Program-made: the position numbers and the translations under genes
Notes under the pieces: model-generated
What the model saw: only the letters and a program-made list of their open reading frames with translations
What the model was told of the DNA's origin: nothing
The model's database searches: none
NCBI GenBank assembly: GCA_010909165.1
Contig: MU008174.1
Span: forward strand, 1-64,000
From: Anthoceros angustus
Lineage: Eukaryota > Plantae > Anthocerotophyta
Reading direction: 5' to 3'
Length of the DNA: 64,000 bases
Shown here: positions 10,041 to 23,166 of the stretch, in pieces
Layout of the letters: every line of letters begins with the position of its first letter
Position numbering within the stretch: the first letter of the stretch is position 1

Positions 10041-12686
10041 TGCGAGCTGCTCACAGTCTGCACAACCGATCGCAAGCACTTGTCAGGTGGCACGCGCAAA
10101 ATCCGATTCTTGCACAGCAAGCAAAGCCTCGAGAAATCCGGCCGAGAACTGTCAAGGAACCTTGACAAACTGTGGCGTACATGGAGAGGTCAAGCAAGAG
10201 CTTTCCAGGAAACAGGAACGTAAAAACTCAAGCAAAAGGAGATCTATGAATCGGAACAAGGACTGCAAATTTACAAGATCTGCGAATGGAACAACACGAA
10301 CTCAGCCAAGAGGGGAAACTTCCTGCTCATTGGAAGCAAGCTGAATTCAGAATACAAACAACAACGATGACCACCACAAAGTCTGCATGATCCGAACAAG
10401 AACTCACCAAATCAAGAAGTCTGGATGCAAACCAGAAGGCACGAAAACAAGAAGAAAGAATCCAAACAACACCTCATCAAAACAAGGAGAGTGAATCAAA
10501 ACCACAACTCGGAACAAGAAGTCGTGCAAACAAAGAACGCCTCGTTCGATACCGAGAACGCATGCAAACAAAGAGGAAATTATGGCGACCTGACGGGAAG
10601 GCGATGAGCTTGCAGTGTGGACGGACAACCAACCGAGTTGCACGATGGTTGCATGGAATGCTGATGTTTTATACTGGCTCAAGCGCTGTCTCCAGTTTAA
10701 GGCCAGCCAGGCAGGGGCATCTACGCGCCTGACTGCCTGCGTGTAAGGGGATTGGGGAATCTATATGGATGGATGAGGTAGGCCAGACCGGACCGGACGA
10801 GGCCGGGCCAGTTGAATTGGTTATCCCTGGGTCACCATAGTCGCTTTGATTGGACTTGCGGCCTGACCTTCCTTCGGTGTTTCCCTTCCGCGCTCTATGT
10901 ACAGGGGAGAGCCGCTGTCCTGCCCTGCTTCCTTCCCTTGCCTTGCCTTGCCTTGCCTTTCTTTCTTCGCGCCCTCCGACACGACGACGGGAAGAAGGGG
11001 CGACAATACTGCTCCCAAAACGGGGGTTTCGCCGGAGGCCAGCCCTCCGGTAGACAAGTGCCACGCAGGATGCGTGGGTGGCGATACCTGGCACGCTGTT
11101 TCCCGCTCCCGGCCGGGCCAATCGCATCTACCCGGATACCGCACAGCGGCTCACGCCACGCTAGCCCAGCCTGGGGGCCTGCTTGCTGTCCACAATCGCA
11201 AAGTTTCAAAACGCCCTCCACGCAAGCTGCTTACCTCCAATAAAACTTGCTATCATCCTTGGCTGTTTCCCTGCGCGGGGTCAACCGCTCTGCCAACCTG
11301 CCAACCGTTTCTCCAGCGCCTTCTGGTTCTGGTTCTGGTTCTGGTTCGCTGTAATCCGTGAGAGGTACACTAGCATGATAAACACAAACAAACAAACAAA
11401 TTTATTTGAAGTCCACTAATAAGGACGGACATGCCGCCCTGGGACTCGGTTCTCCGGGCAACTTGCTCCAAGGGGTAAACTAGGCATTCCTCTCTTGGTA
11501 TCCTATCCGGCTGCCCTTGCGGTGTAGAGTGTTTAACTGCTACACCGTATTTAACTATAACATTAACCTTTTTAAGGATGTATACCATAAACCGGAATAT
11601 CGCAAAGAAGAAGGGAAGGAATCCATATTAAGACTTCCATCCTAATTAGTCCATAATTTATTAAAATTATATATTTTAATAAAAAGAAATATAAAATATC
11701 TTCCAGTTATTCAGATCAATACACTTAACGAAGACTTACTAACTCATAGGAATAACAATCAGGAGTTTAGCGCTTGTCAAAGGTTGCATTAATCAATAAG
11801 AAGTGAGGGAGTGGACAATATTTATGACTTGAGGTTTCTCGCTAAAAAAACACTTGTGACTTGAAGTACGAAATTTGAAACATTTTCTTGCGTACCACAA
11901 CATATTGGTGTATGATATTCACACTACGGAATCACCTTAAGATTGGCATAACCTCTAGGATTATGTTCATGGAATGACTACTCCATTTTCTACTTAAAAA
12001 TATGCGAATCTACTTCTTTATTTTTATTTCTATATAATAAATTCTTGAAAAATAACAATGTGTTCTTTTTGGCAAGGGCTTTTGAATGACACCATTCATG
12101 CTTGCATGGGATAAGTGTGCCACAAGGAAACGCTCCATGTTGTACTTGTAAAATTTTAATGATAAAAAAAAAGAATAGCCACATGCTTGTTTTCGCAAGG
12201 GCTTCCTAGTGACACCATTTATGCTCGATTAGACAAGTGTGCTGCAAGTGTGTTGGTATTCCTTTGAGACTTGGGCTCAATTCTAAGCACAACACATGGG
12301 GTTAAAACATGCGCAAGTGAAAACTTGGACGGATAGCATTAAGTTCTTGGGAACTCCATTATCAAGCACCCGAGAACTACTGGGATGGGGTGCTTATCCC
12401 AAGAATGAAGCTTCTAATAGTCGAGGAACTCTCTAATAAAAGTCTCTCAATTCCAGCCACGAATAAAATGATAACGTTGATACCATGGGTTTGGAAAACG
12501 CAAGAACTCGAGGTAATCCCAGCATGCCAGATAGGAGACGTTATCCTTGGATGCATCACGAACCTCGACATCTGTGTACATGATCGAGTTCAGCAGACGG
12601 CATGATGTATCCATGCAAGGCGATCCAGCTAGCACCAGCTACATTACATACTTCTGCTTGTGTTTTACGGTTGATCGAACGGCGGA

Positions 12687-14000
12687 CAGCTCAACCGTGG
12701 AGAAGAGAAGTTTCATCCGATTTGCGGTCTGGCAAATCCACACAACTAGAAAGGCTACCCGGGATACAATTGTCGGCACATCTGAGTGAAAGAGAGAGAG
12801 AGGAGCAATGGAATCTAGCACATTTCACCTGCCTGCCGACGTATCCATCCATCTATCTAGTTCCGGTCTTATCAGCAACAGTGGTGTGATCGTCATTCAT
12901 GCACCAGCACTGCTCATGACTCCCAAATTCGAGCCAGCTTGTAGACCTGCCACACACCCACCAACACGCATACCATTACCATGACGCCCACTTGCTGCCG
13001 GCCACCACGAAAGATCAGGGCAGGGTAATTAGGGCAGCACCTGGGCGCTCCGGGCAGGGAGGGAGAGTGTGAGGGAGGCACCATCAATACTCACTTAGCT
13101 CATACTCCATTGGCTGTCTGGGACGTTTTGAATGAGGTAGAACCACATCTTGGAGGGTAAGATGCTGGCAAAGTAGTCGAAGACCATCCTGTTTTTCCTG
13201 CTGGGTTCAGTCAGGCCTGGATACTGTGGGAAGAATTAACAATTGACTCAGTTAAGGGTGCCACACATTTGCAAAACTGGAGAAAGTTCTAGTACCTACG
13301 CTCAGCTTGAATGGTTTCAACTCATGATACAAGCTACCCTGAATTCGTGAACTAGGAAGGCCAGGGAGGAAGTACTGTGCATACATCCTCTGCAATTGTG
13401 ACAATGTTCAAGTTGAGCTTGTGCAGCATCTCATTTGCCAGAATCACACACACTAAACGCATCACTATCCACGGATTGATTGCAGTCGCAAACCAAGCAG
13501 CCAACGTAATTCGACCGAAATGGAGCCCCTGCAGAGCAATCTCTTGAATGACATCAGCCTTACTCATTCAACCCCATTTTTGAATTCTGCGAACTCATTG
13601 TGGCTTTTGATACTCTTCCACCCACCTCCCAGATTGCTTCGTTCTACTCGAACAGTGCCTGAGAGCAAATTTCAGCACCTCATTCTGAAAAATGTCACAC
13701 TATATAGATGATGAAAGTAGACCATATCCACTAACCACCTCAAGTTTGATAAGAGAGAGCGGATAACTTCATGTTCACCGTAGTTGAATATGCGGGTGCC
13801 TGCATGTTTGAGTTGCCAGTGGTGCCGCTCTTGTTGAGGTGGATCCCACATACAGGCGTTAGATGTATTGCTCCCAAGGTTTGAATACATTGGTCAAGAT
13901 CAGCTTAGCATCATCGTCCATCTTGCAGCAGTGCAGAAGACATTTTCTCAGAAGGTTCAACGTGCCAATCTGCCAGATATACAGGTCATTACATCTGCTA
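12687..14000 (-). pseudogene. Internally deleted tandem duplicate of SBE3
   Basis: Blocks match 14497-14894, 16266-16822, 16865-17093 and 17896-18080 of the intact gene, in the same order and orientation and including intron sequence; the 5' exons are absent. Confidence 0.85.
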
Positions 14001-14723
14001 CTTAAAACCAGAATGTGCATCCGAAGCCTGAACCTGACTCTGCTATTTCTCCGTCTCTGTTTCACGCTGTGCTAGAACTGTGCGCAGGTATGAAGGATTT
14101 GCTCGTGTGGCGACGAGTCCATAATCTGACCGTCAAACTTGAGGAACTGTATCTGCCCTTCAAGCTTGTGAAAGCCATCGATGTGGTGCTAAGCGGCGTT
14201 GTTACCACCAACTCTGTCCGGGAACTCCACGACGAACATTCCCTCGAGAAGGGATGTTGAGGACCCCATGATCTGGCCTGAGCCATTTTTGGACACACAG
14301 AGAAAGGATTTGTTTTGAAGTCCACTCCACTGAGGACTATGAAAAGTAATCCGGGACAAACATATACTCCTGTGACGTCCGCCGGATCATGGTTGTCAGC
14401 CTCGGCATCCTCGGCGCCACCCTGAATCCACTCTGAACAGTGACGAAGCCGGAGCAGGGAAGGGCAAGGGGAAGAGCTTGAATATTAATCCAAAAACAGC
14501 TCAACCCTGGGAAAAGAAGTTTCTTATGATTTGGGCTCTAGCAAACCCACACAACCACAAAGGCTACCCGGGATACAATTGTCAGTACATGTGAGTGAAA
14601 GAGAGACAGAGAGAGAGCAATGGAATCTAACACCTTTCATCTGCTTTCCGACGTATCTATCCATCTATCTAGTTCCGGTCTTATCAGGAAGAGTGAGGTG
14701 TGTTATTCAAGCACCAGCACTGC

Positions 14724-17700
14724 TCATGACTCCCAAATTCGAGCCAGCTTGTAGACCTGCCACACACCCACCAACACGCATACCATTACCATGACGCCCA
14801 CTTGCTGCCGGCCACCACAAAAGATCAGGGCAGGGTAGATTAGGGCAGCACCTGGGCGCTCCGGGCAGGGAGGGAGAGTGTAAGGGAGGCACCACTGTCG
14901 GCCACCCTGCGTTCACACACCCCCGGATGCCCACATCACTCTATTAGTATTGTGGGACAAGGAAAGTTGCAACAAATAAAAAAAAAAGGTGTGCTTACCT
15001 GTCTGAAGTGCTTCTCAGGCTATCTGCTTTCAGGCGTCCCTGTCCCCCAAACCCCAGGATATCCGTGTCCAGCACCCTCTGCACCACCCACACTTTAGAA
15101 AGCCAGGTCCAAGTGCTTGCAATTACTATATAACCACAGCTTCCGATTTCCACCTACCTCGTACTCGCCGGTTTCTTGCACCCCGATCGTGAGCTTGTCG
15201 TGGGAAGCGCTTGGATGGAAGTTGAAAACAAAGAGCAATTGCCCTCGTGAAAATATGATCACCTGCAGCCACACCTTCATTGTTTGTGACATGCTGGGTG
15301 TGACTTTCTTTCAACGGAGGAAGCACAAAACACAGCATCACCTGCGCGGGATCATCCAGGACGTAAAAGCTAGGTGGTTTGTTAACGAGTATGATCTCCT
15401 TTTCATCTGCTCCCATGAGGGCCTGTTCACGTTGGCGTCACAGTTCAAACAAATTTGGTTATTAATGCACACACAGCTAACGACTAGCAACATAAAGCAC
15501 TCCTCTCTCCATGAAACATTTCCAAGCCTTGACTGGTCCGACAAAGCCTACCTGGTCAAATTTCGCAAGCTGGGCATGGAAAGAACCGCTATCGAGTAAG
15601 AGGTCCCATCGTCTTCGAGCGTACTGAGATGAAAACTCATTCTTTACCCTTGGGAAATCCACCCACTGAACCAAAAGGCAGCCCATCTTTCAAGGGTTAG
15701 AAATACTGCAGACTTGTAGCTGTGGCATTGAGCTTTGAGGAAATTGTACCTCCGTATGTCCGAATTCATTCCCCATGAAGTTCAAGTATGCAGGTCCACC
15801 AAGGCTAAACGTTATCAACTTTATCATCTGCAAACCGAATTTCTGATTATAACGATTGCTCAGCTCAATGGCAGATCAAGTCGCAGCAGCCAATGATAGA
15901 AACAATGACTTCAACTGACAGACTTGCAACCTTATGCAGCGCCACCCCCCTCTCTTCCAATAGAGCTCTGTCTAAGGTTGTCGTTACCGGATTGAGAAGT
16001 GCTTCAGCTATGGGCCTCTTCTCAGATATTGACTTGAAACAATGGCCAACAACGACAATGATGAGTTCCAAAGCCAGAACCATATCATTAGCGATCTGAT
16101 CTTTCAACATCATGTCGGCAAAATTACCTGGACATGATTTTCTGCATATACAAGAGCTTTGCCTCCAGACTGGGAATCGATTAGAGTCTCTACAATCTGA
16201 AATCGCCATATCACGTGCTATTCGTTAATCTACAAAACGTGACAAAGCATTCCAGAGCAGGACTTTCAATACTCACTTGGCTCATACTCCATTCGCTGTC
16301 TGGAACGTTTTCAATGAGGTAGGACCACATCTTGGAGGGTGAGATGCTGGCAAAGTAGTCAAAGCCCAACCCGCCTTTACTGATGGGTTCAGTCAATCCT
16401 GGATACTGTGAGGCCTATGTGAAGTAACAATCGACTTAGTCAAAAGTGCTGCTGCTGCGCACACTTGCAAAACAGGAGAATATTCTACCTACGCTCAGCC
16501 TGAATGGTTTCACCTCATGATACAAGCAATCCTGAATTCGTGAACTAGGAAGAATAGAGAGGAAGGACTGTGCATACATCCTCTGCAATTGTGACAATGT
16601 TCGAGTTGAGCTTGTGCAGCATCTCATTTGCCAGAATCACATACAACAATGCATCTCTATCCACGTATTGATTGCAGTAGCTGCACAACCAGAGAAATGT
16701 GAAAAGGAGCAACCAAGCAGTCTATGTAATTAGACCGAAATGGAGCCCCTGCAGAGCAACCTCTTGAATGACAGCAGCCTTACTCATTCAACCCATTTGT
16801 GAACTCTGTAAACCCATTGTGGGTGTAAAACATGGACTGCAGCGAATGGAAGTGGAATCCATCTATTTGATACTCTTCCACCCACCTGTCATGAGCAACA
16901 AAAGTGTGAATTCCAGGCTACTTCGTTCTAGTTGCACAGTGCCTGAGAGAAAATTCCAGCACAACATTCTGAAAGATATGTCACATCATAGATGATCAAA
17001 GTGGACTAAATCCACTAACCACTTCAGGTTTGATAAGAGATAGCGAAGCACTTCATATTCACCGAAGTTGAATATGCGGGTGCCTGTATGTTTGTGACGC
17101 CCTCTCCGTCCTGCAATGCAATGGTGAACTGAGCTGCTAAAGCGAAAGGGATGGTGAAGGGACAAACAAAAATCCCAGCATTCTGCACCAATCCTTGCAA
17201 TGCAGTGCACACTAACCATCATGGAAGTAGCAATCATTAGCACCATCGAATGAAGAAAGGCCAACCATCTCGTCTGCAGCCGCATATGAATGAACTATGT
17301 CCATGATGACAAACAGACCCATCCCTGTTTACCATGAACTCAATACATGAGAAACGAGCTGACTTGATTTAAACTGGCTTCAGTAGCAAGCTTGCAGGGG
17401 ATGCCTTACGAACCATGGGCACTATCAACCAGGTGTTTGAAATCTTCTGGGGTTCCAAAGCGACTACTAACAGCAAACATATTTGTAACCTGCTCAGTTG
17501 GAAAAATTCTGAACATTAAGTGGGTGCAGAATAATCTCAATCGAATTTTCAAACATTGGGGACATGAAGAGCACAACAGGGCTGTACCTTATAACCAGCA
17601 CTTGCATAGTCTACATGCTCTTGAATTCCCATAAGCTGGATAGCATTGTAACCAGACTTTTTGATATGAGGAAGAACCTATTTTTCATCAAACATAGATT

Positions 17701-19860
17701 CTCAGACTGCAAGCTACACACGACAGACATGTTGAGCAGGGAAAACAAAATAATGCAGGCAACGAGCCACCAGACTCAATCCATACTTGCCTTCGCCGTA
17801 AACTCTTGGAAAGTTGTTACACCAAGTTCTTCTCCACTTATTCCAACATGGCATTCATAAATCCGTAATGGCTGTGGTCTCTTGGGACTCTTGTGCTGCC
17901 AGTGGTGCCGCTCTTGTTGAGGTGGATCCCACATACAGGCGCTAAATGTATTACTCCCAACATCTGAATAGATTGGTTAAGATCAGCTTAGCATCATCGT
18001 CCATCCTGCAGAAGACATTCACATCCTTTGTCTCAGCAGGTTCAACCTGCCAGATATACAGGTCATTACATCTGCTGCTACAGGCATCAGAAGAATTTAT
18101 ATCACAGCACATACCAGTGCCATCAACATCAGAAGAGATCATAAGTCACACAGTACAGCGTGTGGTTGTCCCACTCACCTTGTAACACATATGTGGCCCA
18201 AGCAGGGATTCGCTCCAGAGGCCCTTCAGGCGTTTGAAGAAACAACCTTAGTCTACCCTTATGAGCAAGAGTAGGTATATACTTCTTCTCCCATGCTTTA
18301 CGGCCACTTCGTAGGTATTTCCAATAATTCGGAGGAGGAGTTTTTCGCTCCGCTCGGGCCCGATAAACAGGGTCATCTACACAGGTTGGTTCAACATTTC
18401 TCCCATCATCTATTACATCAATTGGAGGTAACTGCCCCTCAGTGACAGGCTGGCTTGCTCTCCATGCTTCATATCTTGCTCGAGCACTAGGGATGTAGTC
18501 AGGAAAGTCCTCAGAACCATCCTCCTCCTCTGTGTCTGCAGACTCTTCCCGATAAATGGGATTGGGATTGTCTCCAAAAATCTTCCTATGTAGTTCCAGC
18601 CACTTAACCATGGGATCACCCATGTACTCGTCTTCACCAGGCTCCCAATATTGCTTGTCCGCCTCGTCAAAAATTGCATCCCAATCAGGGTTCTCGTCAC
18701 CTAAGTCATGATCCTTGTCGTAACTGTACTCCTTTACTATAAGGTCTGGCTTTTCTCCTTCACGAAGCTTATCTTCAATTACAAGTCTCCAACAGCCATT
18801 ATCATCATGTCCAAGATATCCCTCCCCTGAATACTCTTTACTGGGTTCCCAGTTGTTGAAATCCCCCACAACAGAACAATAACGAGAAGCTGCAAACAAG
18901 ATAGCTGAGGCAATGGCAAGGTACTGGCAAGGCATGCGTCAGAAGCACCAGACATGGACTGGTTCGGGTAGCCACGACTTTTCACAACTGAGGCTTCAGA
19001 ACACTTGCAGGACTGCCTCTACTCCAAGATATCAAGCAGCTCCTACAAGCTTCAGCCACCTCTTAACCCAAAAAAGCAAAGAGGACGAAATTCTACCTGG
19101 AGCCCATTCAATAAGCTCAACAGCATGAAAGGGAGTTCGATGAAGACCCATATCCTCATATCTGCGATGCATACTAGCGGGTCAATCTCCCCTTTCCCAA
19201 CCCTCACCAATGTGGGCCATCAAAGGAGGTACACAAAGCGTCACGTACGCTGAAGCGAAGGTAAGTAGATTGTCATCCTGCTCAGCTATTAGCTTTCTCA
19301 AGTCCTTCAGAGCTTTGTACCTGGACAACAATCGCAGCAGCTCAGCTCAGCTCAGCTCAGCTCAGCTCAGCTCTGGTCTCCGAGAATCGTTTTTCCCTCT
19401 TCATATGCTATCTCTACTTCAAATTCCGAGTCCTAAACCGGTCACACGTTTCACTCAAATCTACTTTCAATTCATGTTCACTAAAATACCATGTCATACA
19501 GAGCTTGAGAGATTAGTACCTTTCGCGCAGATATTGTGGAAAGGCTCTGGAGGTGAGATTCCTGTCCTTAAAAAAACCAACAGGATCCAGGCCCAAGTCA
19601 GTGTCACTGGGAGCCGGGTCTCTTTGCTCAGATGCAATGCCTGTCTTCTTCTCCACTGCAAAACACTTGACACTGTGGCGTCCCTCTGTGGGGAAGCAGT
19701 GAGCTCCAACATGGTATTTCGGAGACACCGCATGTCTAGCACTTGGCCTAACCGCAGGCATCCCGTACATTTTCCCATGTGACCTGAAACCTCCACATTC
19801 AGAAGACGGCCTGGGAAACCACTCGAGCCGAAAGATGGGAAGAGCCCAAGGAACAGCCAT
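14724..19860 (-). CDS. SBE3: Starch branching enzyme class III (SBE3/BE1-type, GH13), multi-exon, predicted plastid transit peptide
   Basis: Exons encode [24 protein letters not shown]|[40 protein letters not shown]...[57 protein letters not shown]|[10 protein letters not shown]; last exon 14724-14756. Confidence 0.92.
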
Positions 19861-21876
19861 CGGAAAACTCGTCTACACAACTCCGTCTATTTTACACGAC
19901 AAGCAAGCTGCTGGCTACAGTTGACGTGCTGAGAGTCAGAGAGAGTATTACACCGGAGTGACGGGAGTGACCTCATGTGCCGGGACGGAACGGAATTGAA
20001 CGGGACGGGACAGAAGGGAAAGGATGTTGCACCGTGCTGGAAGTTGAACGCGATCCTGTAATTTTAAATGTCGAAGGAAGGTCCCTGTTCACACTGTCTA
20101 CTGTTCAGTGTGTACTGGACGGATGAAGGACAGCATATTCAACCTGAGCTCGGCAGGCGCATTCCCGGTCTGGCCCGGGGACCACATTGGCCACCAAAAA
20201 TGCTTGCTTTGCGCGATCTGATCCACTTTAGAGCCTTTCCTGCTCGCCCTGCCCGGCTGGGTGGTGGGTTTCTGCCACTGTTCTCATCGTCTCTGACTGG
20301 TGCCCGGAACATGCGATTTCTGAGCCGCATCTATCGCTTCCTCCCGTTATCTTCGCTCTCAGGCACCGTCTAGGGCTTTCAAACCCTGGACTCAAGGAAC
20401 AATCGTATTTTGAAACGTATGTGGACATGGACCATCAGGCCGGCTTGCTGGCATGTGCTCTCGCTGCTTCTTAGACAATTTCATTCCATGCTGTGCGCAT
20501 TTTGGTGTGGAAAAGTTTGCTTCGTTGTAAGGCGCTGGCGAGTTCTTTCCACAGCTTGTCTCAGGGTCATCTAAATTTGGCACCTTCAGTATTGCTAGCG
20601 GCTATGGCTGAAGCAATGGATCAGGACGTTAAAAGGTTGATGGTTTCTGCTTCAAAAGTGCAGGTGTGAGTAGTATGAAGGGTTGTTTTCAATGGAGTTC
20701 CGACTGTACGAGCTATCACAGTTTGTCAGCAAGATCTGGCAGTGTCAGTTCCGAAGTGGACAGATCAAGTGGCAGATCATTGTCTGTCTTTCTGAAAAGA
20801 AGACGAGCAAAGCGAAGAATCCTCACTTTGGGATGGAAGATTTACTGCCCTTGCTCTAGCTCTCTGGCTCCTAATGGCTATGGTACACGGTTAGTTGTGA
20901 GTACGTTCATGCTAGCCTCAGTTTGCTTCCTAGAGATCAGCTTTTCGTTTGTCCGGTCATTTGTCCACCGTTGTCGATTGTCACTACCCCTTGCCCTGTG
21001 GATCATAGAACTCATCACTGGATGATGGGTTTCTTGCAGTCATGGTCGTTTGTCATAACACTTGGAGCTCCCGGAAGAGAGATAAGCACTGGAGTCCAAC
21101 GTCAGTAATGGTGTGTCTGACTTAAGCACCTCTGTGATGCTGTACTGCTACCAGGACCATGACTGGCCGGGGTCGGATGCTGGCCATGAGCTGCCTTGTT
21201 GACGAGCTCTGTTTGCGAAACAGGCTCTGGCTAGCCACTATGAAGACTGAGAGCACTTGGAGGGCAAACTTCTGTCTTTCAAAATGTTTTCCTCGACAGG
21301 TTTGCCAAATGGCCCTCGCAGTTTGCTCTTGTGTTGTTAGGTATCTATGTTTTTGGCAGCTGATAATGAACGATCGTACTGTTTCCTTTGCTTGCAGGGC
21401 ATGAGTTCCAGGCGCAGACGGAGACCAAGGCATTGCCCTTGGTGGCATTTCTGTTCAGAACAGAGGTATGCAGCTTGTTTCTCAGGTATTGCGTCGTTGC
21501 AGCTACAGCAGTGTGCGTATTGCTTACGAGTGGTTAGTTCTTTTAGGGTGCGTTCCTGCAATGCTGGCAGCACGAGGGAAGTTCAGACTTGGTCAAGGAC
21601 AGGATGGAGCTCGGCTGTTTGTTTGAGAATATTCCCGGCTGCTATTTTAGTTGAATGCAGGAAAGGGAGGTGGAATCTGATTGGCTGAAAGGCGCAAGGG
21701 AGGAAGACTCCTTTTTACTCCTTCTCCATCTTATTTAGGGGAACTCTACGGGCAGGAGAGCACACATAGAAACAGCGGACAGGGAACGCGCGCAACACGC
21801 ACAGCAGCACAGCGGGGCTGATTAGGGCAGAAGAAGCGGAGGATTGCAGGTGGATACACACGGGCGAAAGTAGAGC
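19861..21876. promoter_or_regulatory. Divergent SBE3/mgS intergenic region with a probable spliced mgS 5' leader
   Basis: Head-to-head gene orientation; plus-strand splice-like signals (cag|gtgtga ~20664, cag|gtttgc ~21300, gag|gtatgc ~21466, acceptor ttgcag| 21849). Confidence 0.45.
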
Positions 21877-23166
21877 ATGTCTCTGGTGTGCTTCCCTTTC
21901 AAGGAGGAAGATGTGTCTGTGGTCGTGCGGAACATAGAGCTTGCCGCATCGCACTCAAGGGTTGCTGGAGTCTTGTGCGTGGGGTTCGGACAAGGAGCAA
22001 CATGGAACGCTGTTGCCTCCAACAAGCCAGCAATTGAGAAGTCCACCGGCAAGCGGATTGTCGTCATCCAGCAGAAGCGCTTGGGGGTTTCCCACAGAGG
22101 AGGCAAAGGAGATGGCATGAACACAGCCCTTGCTTTTTTCTTGGAGCATGCTGAATACTCGCGCCTTCATTTCTACGATGCCGACATCGTTTCCTTCTCC
22201 GGGGACTGGATCACCAAGGCTGAGAAGCAGGCAGATCTTGGCTACGACGTGGTTCGCCACTTTTTCCCTAGGTCCAGCACGGATGCCATGATCACATGGT
22301 TCGTCACTAAAGTCGGCTTTGCTCTCCTGTGGCCAAATTCCATTCTTCCCAGCGTGGAGCAACCCCTTGGAGGTGAATTGCTGCTGTCAAGGAAAGCTGC
22401 TGAAGTTCTCTACAACGACTTACGGGTGCGTTCCCAGAGTGACTGGGGAATCGACACGCTCTACACTTTTGCTATTGCCCAGGCGGGGTTAAGCCTGTTT
22501 GAGGTCTACATTCCTGAAGGGAAGGTGCACGCCCTTTACGGTGACCTTAGAGATTTGAGGACCATGCTTGTCGAATGCTTTTCGGCCATACAGTCCCTCA
22601 GGGCAGAGACTCTGGTGAGTAGTGTGGGTGTGCACCGCATGGAGTATCCTAAGCCTGTTCCGGAGCTGGTGAAGCAGAAGATTGGGTATGACGTTGAAAA
22701 GACTCTTCAACTCCTCAAGAGCAACTGGTCTCCCCGCCAAGCTGAGCTTCTGCAGCATCATTTTGATTCAGCGTTGGTGAAGGGCTTGTTGCATGCCAGG
22801 GAGTGGCCCTGCTGGACTTTCGCCGATGAGGACGCCTGGGTTGCGGCCTACTCTGTCTTCTTGGACAAATTTGAGATGGGCGATTATGACTGGGAGGAGT
22901 TGCTTTTCAAGGTGTGGGTGGCACGTGTTCTCAATCACACTCTGCGCCATGTGCTGCGAGGATATGACACTGCCCTTGGAACTCTGAGGGAGTTTGTGGC
23001 TGATGTTCAGCACCAGGCAGCTTTGCGAGCACGGGCTGCCAGCGTAGCGACCAGTCATCCTATCATGTCTGGTCACACGGCTGCTGAAGGCCTTGCTAAT
23101 GGGAAGCTGCCCAGAAGGAAGCAACCATGGAATAATCCGGAATCCCTGTGCTCAGTGCCGGTCTAG
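21877..23166 (+). CDS. mgS: Mannosylglycerate synthase (GT78, MgS), intronless CDS, 429 aa
   Basis: MSLVCFPFKEE, GKGDGMNTAL, HFYDADI, FPRSSTDAMITW, QPLGGELL, SDWGIDTLYTF, EGKVHALYG, DWEELLFKVW: collinear with Rhodothermus-type MgS; in-frame TAG 6 nt upstream fixes the start. Confidence 0.95.
   Translation: MSLVCFPFKEEDVSVVVRNIELAASHSRVAGVLCVGFGQGATWNAVASNKPAIEKSTGKRIVVIQQKRLGVSHRGGKGDGMNTALAFFLEHAEYSRLHFYDADIVSFSGDWITKAEKQADLGYDVVRHFFPRSSTDAMITWFVTKVGFALLWPNSILPSVEQPLGGELLLSRKAAEVLYNDLRVRSQSDWGIDTLYTFAIAQAGLSLFEVYIPEGKVHALYGDLRDLRTMLVECFSAIQSLRAETLVSSVGVHRMEYPKPVPELVKQKIGYDVEKTLQLLKSNWSPRQAELLQHHFDSALVKGLLHAREWPCWTFADEDAWVAAYSVFLDKFEMGDYDWEELLFKVWVARVLNHTLRHVLRGYDTALGTLREFVADVQHQAALRARAASVATSHPIMSGHTAAEGLANGKLPRRKQPWNNPESLCSVPV

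Noticed and set aside
8574-10344. Multiple overlapping ORFs over mgH, and the ORF-track start at 10079
   Set aside because: Shadow frames of a GC-rich CDS; 10079 is not an ATG, and the first ATG is 10040
14015-14325. Short ORFs between the SBE3 duplicate and SBE3 (also 3991-4683, 12377-12635, 23652-23939)
   Set aside because: No recognisable motif or convincing exon chain; left unannotated
21850-21876. Spliced N-terminal extension or transit peptide for MgS
   Set aside because: In-frame TAG at 21871-21873 after the acceptor
8631-23166. Bacterial contamination explaining mgH and mgS
   Set aside because: Contiguous with intron-containing plant genes, eukaryote-style terminal extensions, no operon structure
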